Of a stretch of 64,000 bases of DNA, positions 59,864-64,000 are shown in pieces (positions within the stretch are counted from its first letter, which is position 1; the number at the start of each line of letters is the position of its first letter). The notes beneath the pieces were generated by a model, which did not search any database, had not been told where the DNA came from, and worked only from the letters and a program-made list of their open reading frames with translations. Made by a program: the position numbers and the translations under genes. The stretch lies in assembly GCA_035998725.1 (NCBI GenBank), contig DASYHJ010000003.1, positions 53,087 to 117,086 of the forward strand, read 5' to 3'. This stretch comes from Pirellulaceae bacterium (GTDB taxonomy: Bacteria > Planctomycetota > Planctomycetia > Pirellulales > Pirellulaceae).

Positions 59864-61108
59864 TTACGTCTTTTCGCCCGGCAGGCAGAGAAGCTTGGAA
59901 TCCGTGCGGAAGAAAATCATCCCGTTCGCGACGGCCGGCGTCGCACGCGTCTGCTGGCCCAGCGAGGTCTTTCCGAGCAGTTCGAATTCCCGTCCCGCCT
60001 TCAGGACAAGCGCCTCGCCCGCGTCGTTCACCATCAGGATGCGGTTACCGATCAGAATGGGCGAGCCGGAGAATTCGCCGCCGATCCGCTCCTGCCAGAC
60101 GATCTCTCCCGTCGCCAGCTCCATCGCGCTGACGATCCCCTTGTCGTTGAACAGATACATCAGTTCGTCGTCGGCCACGCTGGTGGGGACGTACGGCACG
60201 AGACCCTTCACGCGATAGGCTTCTTCCGGCGAATCGCCCGGCTTGATCGCGACTAAATAGTTGCCGCCCCCGCCCGAGCCGGTCGATCCGAACAGCATCC
60301 CGCCCGCGGCGATGGGGGAGGAGACCGTCCTCTGCTCGAAAACGTCGAGGTTCCACGTCATCTCGCCCGTCTTCGGATCGACGGCGAACATCCCCTCGGA
60401 CGTGCTCGTGCAGACGAGTTCCTTCTCGCCGCCTCGGTTCGTGACGACGCACGGCACGCTGTAGGAAAGCTTGCTGCTTTCGCAGGGCAGGCGCCACAGT
60501 TCGGTCCCCTTCGCCGCGTCGAAGGCGTAGAGAAAGCTCTGCCCCGGCTCGACGCCCGCGGGAAGTTGCTCCCCTTCCTGATTGGCGTTGAGGTAGACGA
60601 TCCCGTCGTACACGGCGGGGCTCGTGCCGAAGCCGTGCTGGCTGACCCAGGGACCGAGCGACTTCTCCCAGACCTGCTGGCCCGAATGATCGAGGGCGAC
60701 CAGCGTCGTCTCGTCGTCGCTCGACCACGCGAAGTAGACCCGCTCCGCGTCGCAGGCCGGCGTGCAGGAAGCGTACGAGTTTCGGTTGTGAAGATGGTGC
60801 GGTCGCGACTCGTGGCTCTTCCGCCAAAGTTCCTTGCCGCTATCGGCGTCGTAACAGAGGAGGTACCGCGTCGCGTCGTCCGGGTTGGCCGACATCACGA
60901 ACAGCAGATTGCCCCACAGCGTCGGCGACGAGTTGCCGATCCCCGGCAGATCCGTCGTCCAGGCGTAATTGCCGGCGGACCACGTCGCCGGAACGGTTAC
61001 CCCCTCCACGCGGCCCTGGCCGTTCGGCCCATGAAAGCGGGTCCACTCCTGCCCCACGGCGACGGAAGAGAGACCGCAGGCGAGCAGGATCGCGAGAAAG
61101 AGACGCAT
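59864..61108 (-). CDS. PQQ-like beta-propeller repeat protein (BamB-like), secreted
   Basis: Trimmed to the ATG at 61106-61108 (MRLFLAILLACGLSSVAVGQEW, a signal peptide). Repeated 'G.ELW' blades. Confidence 0.75.
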   Translation of the reverse strand: MRLFLAILLACGLSSVAVGQEWTRFHGPNGQGRVEGVTVPATWSAGNYAWTTDLPGIGNSSPTLWGNLLFVMSANPDDATRYLLCYDADSGKELWRKSHESRPHHLHNRNSYASCTPACDAERVYFAWSSDDETTLVALDHSGQQVWEKSLGPWVSQHGFGTSPAVYDGIVYLNANQEGEQLPAGVEPGQSFLYAFDAAKGTELWRLPCESSKLSYSVPCVVTNRGGEKELVCTSTSEGMFAVDPKTGEMTWNLDVFEQRTVSSPIAAGGMLFGSTGSGGGGNYLVAIKPGDSPEEAYRVKGLVPYVPTSVADDELMYLFNDKGIVSAMELATGEIVWQERIGGEFSGSPILIGNRILMVNDAGEALVLKAGREFELLGKTSLGQQTRATPAVANGMIFFRTDSKLLCLPGEKT

Positions 61109-61356
61109 CGGGGCAGGCTTTCGGAGAAGCGGCGAACGGAGGCAGGCAGGCAAGCAGAGGGCACGTACAGAAGGATTCTGCCCCGCCGACCGCGCCAATG
61201 CAACGTGCGGAGGGGCGCCGAGGATTCGACAGGTCTTCACCGCCCGCCATTTGACGGCGGCGTGTCGCGCAGGCTAGCGTAGGCAGATGGCCGTCCGTTT
61301 CGATCGTCGAAACGAACGAAGCCCGTCGAACGCCTTAATCGTCGAGAAGGCAAATC

Positions 61357-61764
61357 ATGTTGACGAGTCGCCGCTGGTTCGGGGCGGGTGGGATCGCGCT
61401 TGTGGCTATAGGCGTCGGCCTGCTGGCATTCGGCGCCGTTCAGGCATTCCAGCCGGAACCGGTACCGATCATCCCGACGGTCGTCGAACTGGGCGAGTTG
61501 CCCGCAGGCGAAGGGACGACGACGCTGACGATCGAAAACCCGACCGCGGAGCCCTTCCGCGTTCTCGGCGCCCGGATCTGCTGCGGACTGGAAAGCGTCG
61601 AGCCGCTGCCCCTGACGGTGCCCCCTTACGAATCCCGCGAGTTGACTCTTCGCTTTCGCTGCATCGGCGAACCAGGCGCCGAGCGAAAGATGCTGTACGA
61701 CCTGTTCGTCGAGCGTGACGACGATATGACGTTTCGCGGCGAAATTCACTACCGCATCAAGTGA
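61357..61764 (+). CDS. DUF1573-like beta-sandwich protein with N-terminal TM anchor
   Basis: TM helix, then 'TVVELGELPAGEGTTTLTIENPTAEPFRVLGARICCGLE...', the same architecture as the C-terminus of the next gene. Domain assignment is from memory. Confidence 0.5.
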   Translation: MLTSRRWFGAGGIALVAIGVGLLAFGAVQAFQPEPVPIIPTVVELGELPAGEGTTTLTIENPTAEPFRVLGARICCGLESVEPLPLTVPPYESRELTLRFRCIGEPGAERKMLYDLFVERDDDMTFRGEIHYRIK

Positions 61765-61840
61765 AGTAGCCCTTTCGCCCGCGTCCGCGCTTCGAGGCAT
61801 TCGCGGATTTGGTAGGTTTTTCTACGGCGCCGAGTCAGCC

Positions 61841-61862
61841 AGAGAGAGAGAGAGAGAGAGAG
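61841..61862. repeat. (AG)11 dinucleotide microsatellite
   Basis: agagagagagagagagagagag, in the intergenic region 195 bp upstream of the MauE-DUF1573 gene. Confidence 0.9.
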
Positions 61863-62056
61863 CAGCACGAAAACGCCGAATCTTCGGGAGATTGCGGGGA
61901 GCGCTCGCATCGGCAGGCTGATCGCCTCAACGGGCTCAGCGGCAATCGTGACGCCGTAGCGATTTGAACGGATCGACCTAGTGAACGAATTTCCTTGAAG
62001 CGTAGCGAAAGCGTGGTAGCCTCTGGAGCGTTGCGTTGACCTAAGGGAGTACCCCG

Positions 62057-62914
62057 ATGCGTCGCGTCGCTCTTGTCTGCATAGGTCTGGTTCTTCTCGC
62101 TGCCGGGATCGCGAAGATCGCGGCGCTCTCCGGCCCGGTCGATACGCTGGGCTGGCCCCGCGAGATGATCGTCGCGGGCTCGGCGGTCGAACTGCTGCTC
62201 GGCGCCTGGCTTCTCTCAGGCGCGGCGATTCGCCTGGCCCATCTGGCCGCGATCGGCATCTTCCTGCTCTTCGCCCTGCTGTCGGCGTATCAGGTCATCC
62301 GCGGCGTCCCAAGTTGCGGTTGTCTCGGCAAGCTCTACGTCCATCCGGCGTGGATGCTGACCTTCGATCTCGTCACTCTCGCGACGCTGACCGGTCTCTG
62401 GTTCTTCGATCGGCGAGAGAGAAGCCCCGCCGATACGAAGAACGCTGCCCCCACCGATCGGGGCGTCCGCTCCTACCTCGCTTACGGCTCGGCCTTCGTG
62501 TCCGTCGCCGCCGTCGGCTTGTTCGTCGCCGGCTGGACCTTCGCAGGATCGCTCGGCGGCGCGGTCGCTGTGGCGGGTGGAAGCGAACTCGTCGTTTCCC
62601 CCGCAGTCGTCGATTTGGGTAGCGGTACGGTCGGCGAAACCAAGCAGGCGGCTGTTCGTCTGGTCAACGCCTCGACGTCCCCGGTGCGCATCGTCGGCGG
62701 GAAGAACAGCTGCGGCTGCATGGTGACCAGCGAACTCCCCGTCACGATCCCCGCCCGAGGCAGCGCCGCGTTTCCGATCGAAGTGACGATCACGAGCGAA
62801 GGTTACCGCGAGGTGTTCTTCACGCTCTACACCGATCACGATCAGGCCCGCAGCGTCGCAGGCCGCGTGAGGATGCGAGGGGCGGCACCCCTCGCGGTCG
62901 CTTCGGATCGCTAG
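62057..62914 (+). CDS. MauE/DoxX-like membrane protein fused to C-terminal DUF1573-like domain
   Basis: Four TM helices with 'SCGCLGKL' (MauE family motif). C-terminal 'VVSPAVVDLGSGTVGETKQAAVRLVNASTSPVRIVGGKNSCGCMV' beta-sandwich. Confidence 0.6.
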   Translation: MRRVALVCIGLVLLAAGIAKIAALSGPVDTLGWPREMIVAGSAVELLLGAWLLSGAAIRLAHLAAIGIFLLFALLSAYQVIRGVPSCGCLGKLYVHPAWMLTFDLVTLATLTGLWFFDRRERSPADTKNAAPTDRGVRSYLAYGSAFVSVAAVGLFVAGWTFAGSLGGAVAVAGGSELVVSPAVVDLGSGTVGETKQAAVRLVNASTSPVRIVGGKNSCGCMVTSELPVTIPARGSAAFPIEVTITSEGYREVFFTLYTDHDQARSVAGRVRMRGAAPLAVASDR

Positions 62915-62985
62915 CCGTTTGACTGTCGAAAGATCTGCGGCGGTCGCAGATCGAAGGTCATAGGTCGTCTGGAAGGAGTCGCGAA

Positions 62986-63507
62986 ATGGCACGCCTCAAG
63001 AGATTCTCTCGGCGCTACGGCAAGATCACGCTCGCCTCGCTCGGCGGAGCGCTGATGACGACCGGCATGTTCCTGATCGTGCTCTCCGCGGCGACCGTGT
63101 CGCAGGTGGCGAGCGCCAGCACGACAGGATGCCAAGCATACTCGTCGCCCCAGCCTTTTCACCGCTGCACGCCAGTATACTTCCAGGGCTCGATCTATTA
63201 CTATGACTGTTGCCATGAGTGCGACACGAAGGACTATTCGTATAATACCAATCCAGACTACGACTGCACCAACTGCAGGGACGAGACGGGCGACGGAATT
63301 CCGGATGTATGCGACTGCTGCACTGCGCAAGCTGCTCCGCAATGCACGAACGGCACTTGCGAGAACCAAGGAAGTTTGTGCAAGAGTCCACAATATGAAG
63401 CCACCAACGGCTACTGCGAAGCCCACTGGGGCTCCGATTGTAGAGTTCACTCGGGATGCCCGTGTACTTGCGACGCCAACCTGCTTGCGCCATGTGGGTG
63501 CCAGTAG
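62986..63507 (+). CDS. Secreted cysteine-rich protein (about 29 Cys in 173 aa), codon-atypical
   Basis: RBS GGAAGGAG. Signal/anchor MARLKRFSRRYGKITLASLGGALMTTGMFLIVLSAATVSQVASAS, then CC/CxC/CxxC-dense mature region. A/T-ending codons (TAT, AAT, CAA, AGT), unlike the rest of the window. Confidence 0.6.
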   Translation: MARLKRFSRRYGKITLASLGGALMTTGMFLIVLSAATVSQVASASTTGCQAYSSPQPFHRCTPVYFQGSIYYYDCCHECDTKDYSYNTNPDYDCTNCRDETGDGIPDVCDCCTAQAAPQCTNGTCENQGSLCKSPQYEATNGYCEAHWGSDCRVHSGCPCTCDANLLAPCGCQ

Positions 63508-63636
63508 GCGTCTCAGGTGTCGAAAGCGTGAATCGCATGGCGGCCCGCTTGCGAAGGCTGGACGTTCGATCGCACGGATATTTGTTTCCGTCGGTCTCGC
63601 TAGGGCGAAATCCCCTTCTCTTCGTTTCAGTCGCCC

Positions 63637-63870
63637 ATGTCTCAAACACGCCCAGTCATACTCGCCGCAACAGTCGCATGCCTTCTATGCCCATCCTGCG
63701 CACATGCACTACCGCCTGAAATCTCGCAGGGATGGGAGCGTTTACGGAAAGTATGTGACGAGCAATCGCACCTCGCCGTCACGTCTACCATTCATGCCGT
63801 CGTGAGAGGTGGACCCACTCCAAGCGAAGGACGCTTGGTGGTAATTGAGCAGTTCGCTCATCTAGTGTAG
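63637..63870 (+). CDS. Small signal-peptide protein (77 aa), codon-atypical
   Basis: MSQTRPVILAATVACLLCPSCAHA signal. A/T-ending codons like the upstream gene. Confidence 0.35.
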   Translation: MSQTRPVILAATVACLLCPSCAHALPPEISQGWERLRKVCDEQSHLAVTSTIHAVVRGGPTPSEGRLVVIEQFAHLV

Positions 63871-63941
63871 CGACATGAAATAGCGCGACGTTTGTTCGGG
63901 TGCGGGGTTTCAGGAGCGTCTTTCGTCGGAAAGGAGACGCT

Positions 63942-64000
63942 CATGCGGTCAGCGCCGGTCGTGGTTTTGTCGGAGGAGACGCGGGTTCGATTGACGAAGC
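63942..64000 (+). mobile_element. Partial ORF at window edge, possible IS630-family transposase N-terminus
   Basis: MRSAPVVVLSEETRVRLTK resembles the IS630 HTH N-terminus (…LSEEER..L…). Only 19 codons are visible. Confidence 0.2.

Overview
This is a 64 kb window of high-GC (about 68-70%, by eye) bacterial chromosome. The gene content points to Planctomycetota, probably a Pirellula-like lineage: a DUF1549/DUF1553 + DUF1501 pair, a TIGR02996 'repeat-companion' LRR protein, several Cys-type sulfatases, PQQ beta-propellers, and an orphan fliM.

Most of the window is ordinary core genome:
- Transport and biosynthesis: modABC, panC, metR<->metE, mqnA-mqnE/C (futalosine menaquinone pathway), proA, folP.
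- Translation and quality control: prfA-prmC, ftsH, rsgA, a DegP-like protease.
- Regulation: a hybrid PAS histidine kinase, a tandem-GGDEF cyclase, an FHA-GAF-sigma54 activator.

Features that stand out:
1. At least three families of short palindromic/inverted-repeat intergenic elements (MITE/REP-like). The commonest family sits within about 10-65 nt of stop codons at six gene boundaries.
2. A codon-atypical, lower-GC islet at the 3' end (62986-63870). It encodes a 173-aa secreted protein with about 29 cysteines and a small signal-peptide protein. It lies immediately downstream of a MauE/DoxX-DUF1573 fusion gene and next to a possible IS630-like transposase start.
3. A soluble orphan TraG/VirD4-like coupling ATPase with no T4SS context.
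4. A secreted (His-Gly)n repeat protein encoded on a hexanucleotide microsatellite.
5. A tRNA-like sequence with a non-canonical acceptor stem and anticodon loop, followed by about 700 bp of non-coding DNA.

Many of the long ORFs in the six-frame track are antisense artefacts of the high GC content and were rejected.
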